From Patescibacteria group bacterium (GTDB lineage Archaea; Nanobdellota; Nanobdellia; Pacearchaeales; GW2011-AR1): a stretch of DNA of 64,000 nucleotides. Position numbers and translations under genes: made by a program. Positions 8,374 to 17,429 of this stretch are shown here, piece by piece. The DNA lies in NCBI GenBank assembly GCA_019428815.1, contig JAHYJW010000002.1, positions 11,725 to 75,724 on the forward strand, in the 5' to 3' direction. The notes below the pieces were generated by a model that searched no databases, was not told the origin of the DNA, and saw only the letters and a program-made list of their open reading frames with translations. Position 1 is the stretch's first letter. Each line of letters opens with the position of its first letter.

Positions 8374-8682
8374 TTAATCTTTCATTTCAATTTTGATATT
8401 AACGGTTTTGGGAATTTGCATTCTCATTATATGATGTAAAACCTTCTCATTTGCGGGGAGGTCTATCAAACGTTTATGGATTCTCATTTCAAAGTTATCA
8501 AAAGTTGCAGTTCCATCGCCACAAGGAGATTTTCTTGTAGTTATCTTAAGTTTTTTAGTTGGTAAAGGGACTGGCCCTGAAAGAGCTATTCCAGATTTTT
8601 TTGCTATTTCTTTAATAGAATTACAAATATCATTAAGCATCTCTATATCTGTGCTGTTTAGTTTTATTCTTACTTTAGGCAT
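8374..8682 (-). CDS. rps10: 30S ribosomal protein S10 (uS10)
   Basis: RIKLNSTD...GPVPLPTKKLKITTRKSPCGDGTATFDNFEMRIHKRLIDL... closely matches the archaeal S10 consensus. Confidence 0.9.
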   Translation of the reverse strand: MPKVRIKLNSTDIEMLNDICNSIKEIAKKSGIALSGPVPLPTKKLKITTRKSPCGDGTATFDNFEMRIHKRLIDLPANEKVLHHIMRMQIPKTVNIKIEMKD

Positions 8683-8821
8683 TTTATAATATTTAAAAAA
8701 TTTATTTTTATTACTGAATAAAATTTCCTTGTTTGTTTAAAAACCTTTTTATAGTTATTTTATCATAATATATCAGGTTAATAAATTAGGTTTAATAAAA
8801 AGAGGTGGGGGGTATTTAAAG

Positions 8822-10528
8822 ATGGGTGATGTTTTTACGCAAATAAGTCTTATCATTTTGGTAGTATTTGGTGTTTCTACAGTTATGAGATTGCTTAAAC
8901 AACCTTTAATTGTAGGGTATATCCTATCTGGAATAATCTTAGGGCCTTATTTTTTAGGACTTTTGCCAGGTATAGATGCAATCCATGCGTTTTCTGAAAT
9001 AGGAATAGCACTCCTACTTTTTATTGTGGGGTTACACCTAACGCCAAAGGTAATTAAAGAAGTTGGGAAAATATCTTTAATCACAGGATTAGGACAGATA
9101 ACTTTTACTGCAATTTGTGGTTACCTTGTCGCAATACTCCTTGGATTTCCTCCTTTAACCTCTATTTATATTGCAGTAGCACTTACTTTTTCTTCTACAA
9201 TTATTATCCTAAAGTTGCTTTCAGATAAAGGGGATCTAGAATCTCTTTATGGGAAAGTTTCAATTGGGTTTCTTCTTGTTCAAGATTTTGTGGCTATATT
9301 AGCTTTAGTAGTCATTTCTTCACTTTCAACAGGAGAAAAATTTCTGAGTACAATTGGTTTAACTTTATTGAAAGGAGTCATACTTGTAGCAATTTTAGCT
9401 CCAATAAGTATTTATGTCCTTCCCAAATTTCAAAAGTTCTTTGCTAAATCTCAAGAATATCTTTTCATTTTTTCTTTAGCATGGGGACTTGGAATGGCTT
9501 CACTTTTTTATTTTGCAGGGCTATCAATCGAGGTGGGGGCCTTAATTGCCGGAGTTTTGTTATCTGTTTCCCCTTATAACATAGAAATGGGATCAAAACT
9601 CAGACCTTTGAGAGACTTTTTTATCATCTCATTTTTCCTTCTTTTAGGTGCTCAAGTAGCTATAAGTAATTTTGGGAATATGATCTTCCCATCCCTCATT
9701 TTTGCATTACTAATCCTTATTGGAAATCCACTTATTGTGATGGTCCTAATGGGGTTAGAAGGGTTTACAAAAAGAACTGGATTTTTCTCTGGATTGACTG
9801 TCGCTCAAATTGGCGAATTCTCTTTAATTGTCGCAGCTTTGGGAGCGAGAGTAGGGCATATATCAACAGAAGTCCTTTCTCTAATAACTTTAACAAGTTT
9901 GATTACAATTGGAATTTGTACTTATGCAGTTATTTATTCCAATAAGATTTATCCCCTTATCTCTAAAACATTGTCTATATTTGAAAAAAAGAAATTAAAA
10001 GAGAAGGTAAAAATAGAAAAAGATACTGAAGCATTATTATTTGGGTATAACAGGATTGGATTTGGGATCCTTAATTCTTTAAAAAGTCTAAACAAAAAAT
10101 ATCTTGTTATTGATTTTAATCCTGATGTTATTTCAGATTTAAAAAAATTAGAGATGCCAGCTATTTATGGGGATGTTGAAGATGAAGCCCTCATAAGAGA
10201 GCTGCCTCTTAAAAAAGTTAAGTTAGCTATATCGACTATACCCGAATTTGAAACAAATAAATTACTATTAGAAACAATCAAATCTGAAAATCCAAAAACA
10301 ATTGTAATTTTAAGGGCGCATAATATCCAAGATGCAATGGACTTGTATTCACAAGGGGCTGATTATGTTTTGACGCCTCATTTCTTAGGGGGGGAGTATA
10401 TTTCAAACATGTTAAAAGAAAATGACACACGTTTAGAGAAATATAAAAAAGAAAAAGAAAAACACATCAAAATGCTTAAAGAAAGAATAAAGAGGGGAGA
10501 CGAACATCCAGATATTGAGAAAAATTAA
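8822..10528 (+). CDS. Kef-type monovalent cation:proton antiporter with a C-terminal RCK/TrkA-N domain
   Basis: 568 aa. About 12 TM segments of the CPA2 type, followed by LLFGYNRIGFGILNSL...VIDFNPD (Rossmann RCK). Confidence 0.8.
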   Translation: MGDVFTQISLIILVVFGVSTVMRLLKQPLIVGYILSGIILGPYFLGLLPGIDAIHAFSEIGIALLLFIVGLHLTPKVIKEVGKISLITGLGQITFTAICGYLVAILLGFPPLTSIYIAVALTFSSTIIILKLLSDKGDLESLYGKVSIGFLLVQDFVAILALVVISSLSTGEKFLSTIGLTLLKGVILVAILAPISIYVLPKFQKFFAKSQEYLFIFSLAWGLGMASLFYFAGLSIEVGALIAGVLLSVSPYNIEMGSKLRPLRDFFIISFFLLLGAQVAISNFGNMIFPSLIFALLILIGNPLIVMVLMGLEGFTKRTGFFSGLTVAQIGEFSLIVAALGARVGHISTEVLSLITLTSLITIGICTYAVIYSNKIYPLISKTLSIFEKKKLKEKVKIEKDTEALLFGYNRIGFGILNSLKSLNKKYLVIDFNPDVISDLKKLEMPAIYGDVEDEALIRELPLKKVKLAISTIPEFETNKLLLETIKSENPKTIVILRAHNIQDAMDLYSQGADYVLTPHFLGGEYISNMLKENDTRLEKYKKEKEKHIKMLKERIKRGDEHPDIEKN

Positions 10529-10593
10529 TTAAGAGAAATTATTAAAAAGTCGTCTTTTTAATCAAAGAGATTCCTAAGTTTGAGGTTAGATTA

Positions 10594-11280
10594 TTATTCT
10601 TCGTCGGCGGAAGGCACAGATTCTTCATTTATTACTGCATCTTCTATTCCAAAAATATTAAATGCAAATTCAAAGAATCTTAAAATCACCTCAATAGAAG
10701 CTATAAACAAAAGGTAGGTTAATATCCCTGAAAAGAACAAAGGCAGATCACTTAATCTTGAGGAGATTCTTACAAAAAATTCTGAAAAAATTTGAGGATT
10801 AAAGATGGATAATGCTAAAAAGGTAAAGGGAAGGATTTTAGCGAGTTCTTTTGCTATATTCTCTCCACTTTTGGGTAAATAAGATGCAACCCTTATTGAA
10901 GCAATTACTATAGCTGAGATTAGGAGGATCATCTCAATTCCCACAGATTCTTCAACAAGAAAAATCAGGAAAAAAGTAAAGATTGAATACCAAAAAAAGA
11001 TAATAAAAGGGATTATTAAAATGTACTCTAAAAGATAAAGAAATCCCGCAATGATCTTGGCCATAAAAGGTCTAGAAGATTTGTTATATTTATTAAAATT
11101 AAACTTAAAAATATTTTTTGTTCCGATAAATCTGTAAAATTTCCAGATGAATAAAGCATATAAAACTAAAACTATGACTAAAAGAAAAAGATTTAAGAAA
11201 GTTTGAAAAAATGATGGAAGAGTTGAAATAAATTCTCTATAGGTATTACCAAACTCTAATATAAAACTTTCAAGGGTCAT
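10594..11280 (-). CDS. hypothetical polytopic membrane protein
   Basis: 228 aa with at least 5 hydrophobic segments and an acidic C-terminus. No family recognised. Confidence 0.5.
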   Translation of the reverse strand: MTLESFILEFGNTYREFISTLPSFFQTFLNLFLLVIVLVLYALFIWKFYRFIGTKNIFKFNFNKYNKSSRPFMAKIIAGFLYLLEYILIIPFIIFFWYSIFTFFLIFLVEESVGIEMILLISAIVIASIRVASYLPKSGENIAKELAKILPFTFLALSIFNPQIFSEFFVRISSRLSDLPLFFSGILTYLLFIASIEVILRFFEFAFNIFGIEDAVINEESVPSADEE

Positions 11281-11371
11281 AAATTTATTTTATATCTTAT
11301 TCTTTTTAAATGTAATCTAAAGTTACTGTTAAAAAGTAAATCTAGTACAATGGAGATTCTTTTTCTGGTTT

Positions 11372-12292
11372 TTATCTTTTTCTGGTTTTTTTAGAATTGA
11401 TAATCTTATCTGCCTCTAAAGCAGCGATGCACCCTTGTCCAATAGCTACTGCAATCTGTTCTGGGCCTTTATCATTAATGTCCCCTATTGCAAAAATACG
11501 ATTTCTAGAGGTTCTCATCTTACCGTCTACTTTAATATGGCCTCTTTTATCTTTTTTTACATTTACAATTTCCGAATGTGGGCCAATTCCAAGTTCTACC
11601 GAAATCCCCTTTACCTTTAGTTCATTTTCTTTTTTAGTTCCTAAATCAATATACCTCAAACCTTCCACACTTTTGCCTCCAAATATCTCAAGTGTTTTTG
11701 CTTTAGTTATAATTGTAACATTTTGGAGCTTCTTTAATTCATCAACAAGTACATCTTCTCCTTTTAGTTTATCTTCAACTTCTAAAAGGTATATCTTTTT
11801 TGCAATTTTACTTAGATACAAGGCAGATCTAATCCCCGAAGATCCACCCCCAATTATCGCCACATCTTGACCTTTAAATAAAGGGCCATCACAAATTGTA
11901 CAATAAGTAATCCCCTTTTTGGTAAATTTGTCTTCTCCGGGGATGTTAAGTTTTTTTCTACCTCCACCAGCAGCTACGATTGCAATCTTTGCTTCTACAG
12001 AGTCTCCGTTTTCTAAGTTTACAATAACCTTTGATCCTTTTTGATAAACCCTTTTGACTAACATATCTTCCATAACCTCAACTTTATACGAACGAAGATG
12101 TTCTATGAATTTTTTAGCTAATTCTGGACCAGATATAGACTTAAACCCCAAATAATTTTCTATTTTGTCGGTCTTAGAAACATAGCCCCCTAATTCTTCG
12201 GTGATCAAAAGAGTGTCTAATTTCCTCCTTGCAGAGTAAACTCCTGCACACAATCCACCAGGGCCACCTCCAATAATGATTAAATCTCTCAT
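11372..12292 (-). CDS. trxB: thioredoxin-disulfide reductase
   Basis: DLIIIGGGPGGLCAGVY (FAD GxGxxG), redox-active CTICDG, second Rossmann motif VAIIGGGSSG, and C-terminal FAIGDI. Confidence 0.85.
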   Translation of the reverse strand: MRDLIIIGGGPGGLCAGVYSARRKLDTLLITEELGGYVSKTDKIENYLGFKSISGPELAKKFIEHLRSYKVEVMEDMLVKRVYQKGSKVIVNLENGDSVEAKIAIVAAGGGRKKLNIPGEDKFTKKGITYCTICDGPLFKGQDVAIIGGGSSGIRSALYLSKIAKKIYLLEVEDKLKGEDVLVDELKKLQNVTIITKAKTLEIFGGKSVEGLRYIDLGTKKENELKVKGISVELGIGPHSEIVNVKKDKRGHIKVDGKMRTSRNRIFAIGDINDKGPEQIAVAIGQGCIAALEADKIINSKKTRKR

Positions 12293-12296
12293 TTTT

Positions 12297-12530
12297 TTAT
12301 TCTAAACTTTTTTCAATTATTTTTTTATTAAAACCTACAATCAAATTTTCGCCAATTTCAATGATTGGAACTACTTTTTTACCCGACCTCTCGAAAATTT
12401 CTTCAGCTTTTTTTTGATCTTTAAAAACATCCACTACGGTATATTTAATTCCCTTTTCTTTTAAGAATCTCTTTGTTCTTTCACATTGCGGGCAGAGGGG
12501 CGTTGTATAAAGAATCACTTTTTTTACCAT
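12297..12530 (-). CDS. glutaredoxin/NrdH-like small redoxin (CPQC)
   Basis: 77 aa. VILYTTPLCPQCERTKRFLKEKGIKYTVVDV...VVPIIEIG is the canonical Grx fold pattern. It lies 4 nt upstream of trxB. Confidence 0.75.
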   Translation of the reverse strand: MVKKVILYTTPLCPQCERTKRFLKEKGIKYTVVDVFKDQKKAEEIFERSGKKVVPIIEIGENLIVGFNKKIIEKSLE

Positions 12531-12591
12531 TTTATTTTTACTTATTTTTGTTTCACTTATGTTTGTTTCTGTTCTTTAAAAATTTATTTAA

Positions 12592-13764
12592 TTAAAATCC
12601 CACCAAATAATAATAAGAAAGAAAGAATAATAAAAGTGTACCCGCCAAATAAATCCAGGTTATGAATTTAGATTCCGAAAACCAAATTTCTTTTGTAACG
12701 ACTGCTCCTAAGAAAATTATAATTTCAATTAGGAGATAGAAAAAGAGGTACAAAATAATATAAAGAGTGTACCCCCACCAAGAAAGACCTTCCCCAGCAA
12801 GTATACTTCCGAATACCATGGGCAATCCAAAAGAACAGGGTAGTTCAACTAATGTAATAACCGTAGCAAAAATTATTACACTTGTTGCTAAAAAGATTGT
12901 TTGAGTTGTCCTATTTTTAAATGCTTCTTGAATTTTATTTGTTGCGCCTATGATTAGTTTATTCCCACTATACTCGCAAGAAGGGCCATATTTACAAAAT
13001 TTAATAAATTTTATCAAAAAATAGATACCCCCTCCTAAAGCGGCAATCCCTACAAGCATATTTATCGATCCAATAAACTTTGAAAGTGTGGCAAATAATG
13101 CAGTCCAAATAAAAACTAAGACGCCATAAACTAAAGCTGTAGTTAAAATAAAAATCCCCCCATAAAAAATTATTTTTTTCCTTGAATCAAAACTCAAGAC
13201 AATCATTAAAATTAGTATTAATGCTCCAATAGAACAAACATTTAGCCCATCTAAACTCCCAATGATTAGTGCTAATAAGAAAAGATTCAAACCTTTTATG
13301 TTAACCTCACCAATTAAAGGAACTCTTATTATCGAACTCTTTCTGAGGTCGTTTATTTCTTCTTGAACATTTTCGCCATTTATTGCCCTTCTAATTAATT
13401 CTCCATCTGCCTCATAAAATTTTTGGAAATAATTTTCTTCAATAAAGAGCGTCGGCACAACTAACAAGTATTCCTCAACATCTCTTTCTTCCATCATCTG
13501 ATGGAAAAGTTCTTGATTTTGTAAATCTTGAATAGAGTAGATTTTTATTTCAATATTTGGATATTCTTTTTTAATAAACTCCTCCAAAAATGCTTTTTGA
13601 CGAGCACAATCTGGGCAGCCTCTTTCTTCAAAGAAGTAAAGTGTAGGTAAAGAGGTTGTATTATTGCTTTCGTTTAAATTTTCAAGTTCTAGTCCTTTAA
13701 GATTAAATAAGCTAAATAAAAAAAAGAATAAAAATATCCCCAGTATAATCTTTTCTTTTTTCAT
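12592..13764 (-). CDS. exported thioredoxin-fold domain (CPDC) fused to a CcdA/DsbD-like 6-TM thiol-disulfide transporter domain
   Basis: The N-terminal signal anchor is followed by LYFFEERGCPDCARQKAFLEEF. The polytopic domain has Cys inside hydrophobic segments (GLNVCSIGAL and ELPCSFGLP) plus a loop CKYGPSC. Confidence 0.6.
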   Translation of the reverse strand: MKKEKIILGIFLFFFLFSLFNLKGLELENLNESNNTTSLPTLYFFEERGCPDCARQKAFLEEFIKKEYPNIEIKIYSIQDLQNQELFHQMMEERDVEEYLLVVPTLFIEENYFQKFYEADGELIRRAINGENVQEEINDLRKSSIIRVPLIGEVNIKGLNLFLLALIIGSLDGLNVCSIGALILILMIVLSFDSRKKIIFYGGIFILTTALVYGVLVFIWTALFATLSKFIGSINMLVGIAALGGGIYFLIKFIKFCKYGPSCEYSGNKLIIGATNKIQEAFKNRTTQTIFLATSVIIFATVITLVELPCSFGLPMVFGSILAGEGLSWWGYTLYIILYLFFYLLIEIIIFLGAVVTKEIWFSESKFITWIYLAGTLLLFFLSYYYLVGF

Positions 13765-14228
13765 TTTACTAACTCTTTCTTTAATTCATTTTTTAGTTCT
13801 AATTTATTCATTCTCCCTTCTTTCTTTGTATTGATTAATCTTTTATCTTTTAATCTCTTAATTATTCTATGTGCCTTTATCTTATCGTAATCAGCAGAGA
13901 TTTCTGTTTGTCTGATCTGTCCTTTATTTTTGATTATTTTATCTAAAACATTTTTTTCGTCTTTATCTAAAACCGCATAAATAATCTCTAGATTTTTTTG
14001 AATTGTTTTTTGTTTATCCCCCATTTTTAAAGAAAATAGATAGTAAAATATTGAACTAACAAAAAAAATGGCCAATAAAATAAATACCCAGATGAAATTA
14101 TAAGAAACGACTCGAGGACATGAACAACTAGCAACTTTAAATCTATCTGCTAAGAGTAGGCTTAAGAATATAATCAAAGTTATGAAAGATAAACCTCCAA
14201 AAATAAGTACAACTTCTTTTTTTCCCAT
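13761..14228 (-). CDS. membrane-anchored winged-helix transcriptional regulator with a CxC motif
   Basis: Two N-terminal TM segments flank ...VASCSCPRVV.... The C-terminal part LDKDEKNVLDKIIKNKGQIRQTEISADYDKIKAHRIIKRLKDKRLI is MarR/wHTH-like. It overlaps the next gene by 4 nt. Confidence 0.55.
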   Translation of the reverse strand: MGKKEVVLIFGGLSFITLIIFLSLLLADRFKVASCSCPRVVSYNFIWVFILLAIFFVSSIFYYLFSLKMGDKQKTIQKNLEIIYAVLDKDEKNVLDKIIKNKGQIRQTEISADYDKIKAHRIIKRLKDKRLINTKKEGRMNKLELKNELKKELVK

Positions 14229-14386
14229 TAGTTTTAATGAATTTTTTTATTTTATAAAACTTTCGTTAGTTTCATTAAAATGTAACCTTAATCTCTTAGA
14301 TTTATTTATAGGTATTAATGTTTCTAATATAAGAAACTAATAAAAAGCATAAGATTTTTAAACAAATTCTATTTAATTAGGAACAT

Positions 14387-14779
14387 ATGCCAGAAAAAAA
14401 GAAACCGCTGCAGAGAAAAAAGAAGCAGATTGGAACACCCATCATAATTTTAATTGCTTTAATTTTAATCTTTTTTATATTTAAAATTTACAGGGATAAA
14501 ACCTCAACACTTAATGATTTTAATGAGTGTTTGAGTGAAAAGGGGTTAGTTTTTTATGGAACTACTTGGTGTCCTGCTTGTTCCAGTTTAGTTGAAACTT
14601 TGGGAGGCTATGAATCTGTTATTCCTGTTTATATAGATTGTATACAGAATCAAGAGAGGTGTAATGAAGAAAAAAAGACAAATTATGTTCCAGAAATACA
14701 AATTAATGGGGAAGTTTATGAAGGGCCAAGAACCTTAGAGAGTCTTTCGGTGATAACTGGATGCCCCTTGCCAAATTAA
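14387..14779 (+). CDS. membrane-anchored exported thioredoxin-fold protein (WCPAC), resembling VKOR-associated Trx domains
   Basis: The N-terminal TM is followed by FNECLSEKGLVFYGTTWCPACSSLVETLGG...VYIDC...ERC...VPEIQINGEVYEGPRTLESLSVITGCPLPN. Paralogous to the C-terminus of 52519..53382. Confidence 0.6.
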   Translation: MPEKKKPLQRKKKQIGTPIIILIALILIFFIFKIYRDKTSTLNDFNECLSEKGLVFYGTTWCPACSSLVETLGGYESVIPVYIDCIQNQERCNEEKKTNYVPEIQINGEVYEGPRTLESLSVITGCPLPN

Positions 14780-14814
14780 GTTTTGATGAAATCAGTTAAA
14801 AATTTTATTTATTA

Positions 14815-15318
14815 TTAAACTCTTTCCATCATAACCTCACATTTAGGGCAAATTTCTTTTATACATGGTTGAGCTCTTAACTGAGGTTTTTCATAACCAC
14901 ATTTAGGACACTTACAAATACCCCCTGGCCCCTTTACAGATTGGCCCATTCTCCCCCTACCAAGAAATTTTAATTTTTTATCTTCCGCCCTCCTGTTTAA
15001 GCTTATTCTTTTAGAAATCTCGGGTACTGCCATATCAAAGGTACCCCCCTCAATTTTTAGGGCATTGCCCCTAATAATTGCTTCTGCAATTTTTTTCCGA
15101 CCTTCTTTTAACAACCTTGATAATGTTGATTGAGAAATGTTCATCTTTTTTCCGCATTCTATTTGATTAATAGATTCTACATCTATTAGTCTAATTGCTT
15201 CTAATTCTTCAAAATTTATTTTAATTTCTTTGAGGTCTGATAAAGGGACTCCTCTAGGTTTAAAATAAGTTATTTCTGGTTTGAAAAAAATCCTCCTTTT
15301 TAATCTTGGCCTCACCAT
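14815..15318 (-). CDS. DUF134 (UPF0251) predicted DNA-binding protein with a C-terminal zinc ribbon
   Basis: MVRPRLKRRIFFKPEITYFKPRGVPL...ELEAIRLIDVE...QSTLSRLLKEGRKKIAEAIIRGNALKIEGG matches the DUF134 consensus. The C-terminus has CKCPKCG...CPKC. Confidence 0.8.
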   Translation of the reverse strand: MVRPRLKRRIFFKPEITYFKPRGVPLSDLKEIKINFEELEAIRLIDVESINQIECGKKMNISQSTLSRLLKEGRKKIAEAIIRGNALKIEGGTFDMAVPEISKRISLNRRAEDKKLKFLGRGRMGQSVKGPGGICKCPKCGYEKPQLRAQPCIKEICPKCEVMMERV

Positions 15319-15414
15319 TTTTTTAATAGATACTCCTTAAAGAATTTTTTAATTTAAATCTCTTTCTAAGTTCTCAGATTATTTACTAAAGTAAAAAAAA
15401 GAAAGAAGAGAATT

Positions 15415-15693
15415 TTATTCCTTAATTTCTTCTAGTCTCTTCTCAATTCTTTCCTTATCCTCATTAAGTAAATTCAATTCCCTTTTGAGTAATACTCTTT
15501 CTTCTTCTTCGGTTAGGGGTCTAGAGTTTTGAAAAATTTTAGGTTGTGCAAATCTTCCTCTGAATCCATAACCTCTCCCTCTAGCAAAACCTCTCCCGTA
15601 ACCTTCTGCTATTTGATCGTTTTCACAAGATCCTAAACCTCTTCCAGTTAAAGGGCCTTGTCCGTTTGGTCCTGTTCCATCATATCCTGGCAT
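15415..15693 (-). CDS. DUF5320-family protein
   Basis: MPGYDGTGPNGQGPLTGRGLGSC... followed by a C-terminal coiled coil is the DUF5320 pattern. This family is commonly found next to DUF134 genes. Confidence 0.7.
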   Translation of the reverse strand: MPGYDGTGPNGQGPLTGRGLGSCENDQIAEGYGRGFARGRGYGFRGRFAQPKIFQNSRPLTEEEERVLLKRELNLLNEDKERIEKRLEEIKE

Positions 15694-15723
15694 TTTGTCC
15701 TCCTGCCTTTTAGGCTAATTTAG

Positions 15724-15743
15724 TTATGAATATATATTCATAA
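15724..15743. promoter_or_regulatory. perfect 20-bp palindrome, candidate operator/promoter element
   Basis: ttatgaatatatattcataa equals its own reverse complement. It sits 31 bp upstream of the DUF5320 start codon, in the divergent region shared with serS. Confidence 0.4.
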
Positions 15744-15902
15744 TACTATTTAAATGTTACGGTTTTTAAAATCTTTTAATTTGAGGTATTATGAGAGGGG
15801 TTAAGAGATATATATAACAGTGTAGTATTAAATCATACTTTTTTAAAAATAAATTTTTTAAGTTTTCATAATGTTTAAATAGAATTCTTTCTATTTCTTT
15901 TA

Positions 15903-17174
15903 ATGATTGATATAAAAGACATAAGAGAAAAACCAGAATTTTATAAAAAGAATATAAAAAAAAGGGGTTTCGAAGAGAAAAAAATTGAAAAACTTCTTTC
16001 TTTAGACATTTCTTGGAGAAAACTCAAAAAAGATGTAGATTCTCTTAGATCAAGAAGAAACCAGATTAGTGAAGAGATAAATTCTGCAAAGAAACAAGGG
16101 AATTCTATTTCGAGTTTTATAAAAGAAGCTAAAGAGATCCCTTTAAATTTAAAATCAAAAGAAAAAAAGTTAGATGAAATAGAAAAAGAAAGAATGAGCT
16201 TATGGAAGAACATTCCCAATATACTCTCTGAGGATGTTCCGATTGGTGGTGCAGAAAAAAATAAAGTTTTAAAGACCTTTGGGAAAATTTCAGATAAAAT
16301 ACCTAAATTAGGACATGCAGAGATTATGGAAAAATATAATCTTATAGATACAGAAAAGGCTGCTCAGATCTCTGCTTCAAGGTTTTATTATTTAAAAAAT
16401 GAGTTAGTAAAATTAAACTTTGCGTTAATTAATTTTGCAATGGACTTTCTTTCAAAAAAAGGATTAAAATTAATTCAAACCCCCTATATGCTAAATAGAA
16501 ACGCTCTTGAGGGGGCAATAACCTTGGATTTGTTTGAAGAGGCAATTTATAAAATTGAAAATGAAGATCTTTACTTAATTGGGACTGCAGAACATGCAAT
16601 TAATGCGTTTAAATCAAATGAGATCATACCCAATAAAGATTTACCCTTGAGATTTGGAGGATTTTCAACTAGCTTTCGGAAAGAAGCAGGTTCACATGGA
16701 AAAGATACCAAAGGGATATTCAGAGTTCACCAATTTGAGAAAATAGAACAATTTGTTTTTTGTAAACCTGAAGATTCATGGAAAGAATTTGATTTTATCC
16801 TAAAAAATTCTATTGAAATTTACAAGGCTTTAGGAATTCCTTTTAGAGTTGTCCTTTTATCTTCAAAAGAAACAAGTAAAACTTCTACAAAAACAATTGA
16901 TTTGGAAGGGTGGTATCCTAGTCAAAAAAAATATTGTGAATTAGGATCTTGTAGTAACTGTTTAGATTATCAGGCTAGAAGGAGTAATATTAGATATCAA
17001 GAAGGGAATGAATTAAGATATGTGAATACCATAAACAACACCGCAATAGCAACTCAAAGGATGATGACTTGTATTGTTGAAAATTACTTAAAAAAAGACG
17101 GGAGTATCAAGATCCCTCAAGTTCTATGGAAATATTTCGGAAAAAAGGAGATTAGTGCACCTCTTTCATCTTAA
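15903..17174 (+). CDS. serS: seryl-tRNA synthetase
   Basis: MIDIKDIREKPE..., N-terminal coiled coil, and class II motifs FRKEAGSHGKDTKGIFRVHQFEKIEQF and NNTAIATQR. Confidence 0.9.
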   Translation: MIDIKDIREKPEFYKKNIKKRGFEEKKIEKLLSLDISWRKLKKDVDSLRSRRNQISEEINSAKKQGNSISSFIKEAKEIPLNLKSKEKKLDEIEKERMSLWKNIPNILSEDVPIGGAEKNKVLKTFGKISDKIPKLGHAEIMEKYNLIDTEKAAQISASRFYYLKNELVKLNFALINFAMDFLSKKGLKLIQTPYMLNRNALEGAITLDLFEEAIYKIENEDLYLIGTAEHAINAFKSNEIIPNKDLPLRFGGFSTSFRKEAGSHGKDTKGIFRVHQFEKIEQFVFCKPEDSWKEFDFILKNSIEIYKALGIPFRVVLLSSKETSKTSTKTIDLEGWYPSQKKYCELGSCSNCLDYQARRSNIRYQEGNELRYVNTINNTAIATQRMMTCIVENYLKKDGSIKIPQVLWKYFGKKEISAPLSS

Positions 17175-17299
17175 AGTTATAATAATCTTTAGTGTTCTCT
17201 TTTATTAAAAAATTATAAAATTAATCAAAAATATCCACACCAAGATATCCAAAGTTTTAAAAATCAGATTAGTTATCTTTTTGAGTAAATATTCTAAAT

Positions 17300-17371
17300 G
17301 CCCACATGGTCTAATGGCTATGACGCTAGCCTGTCGCGCTGGAGACCCGGGTTCAATTCCCGGTGTGGGCG
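17300..17371 (+). tRNA. tRNA-Asp (anticodon GTC)
   Basis: Acceptor GCCCACA/TGTGGGC, anticodon stem CTAGC/GCTGG with loop CTGTCGC, T-arm CCGGG-TTCAATT-CCCGG. Confidence 0.9.
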
Positions 17372-17429
17372 TAAAAATCCTGAAAATCTTTAGTTTTGTA
17401 TTTTTCAAGAAACTTAAAATAAGAAGTTT

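Noticed and set aside
11397-11870. Long antisense track ORFs lying inside strong genes. They comprise 11397..11870, 26077..26610, 30019..30429, 36732..37229, 45090..45407, 53036..53404, 15941..16219 and 39755..39973.
   Set aside because: Each lies opposite a gene with unmistakable family motifs. Their translations are low-complexity S/F/L/I-rich, typical of the antisense of AT-rich coding sequence.
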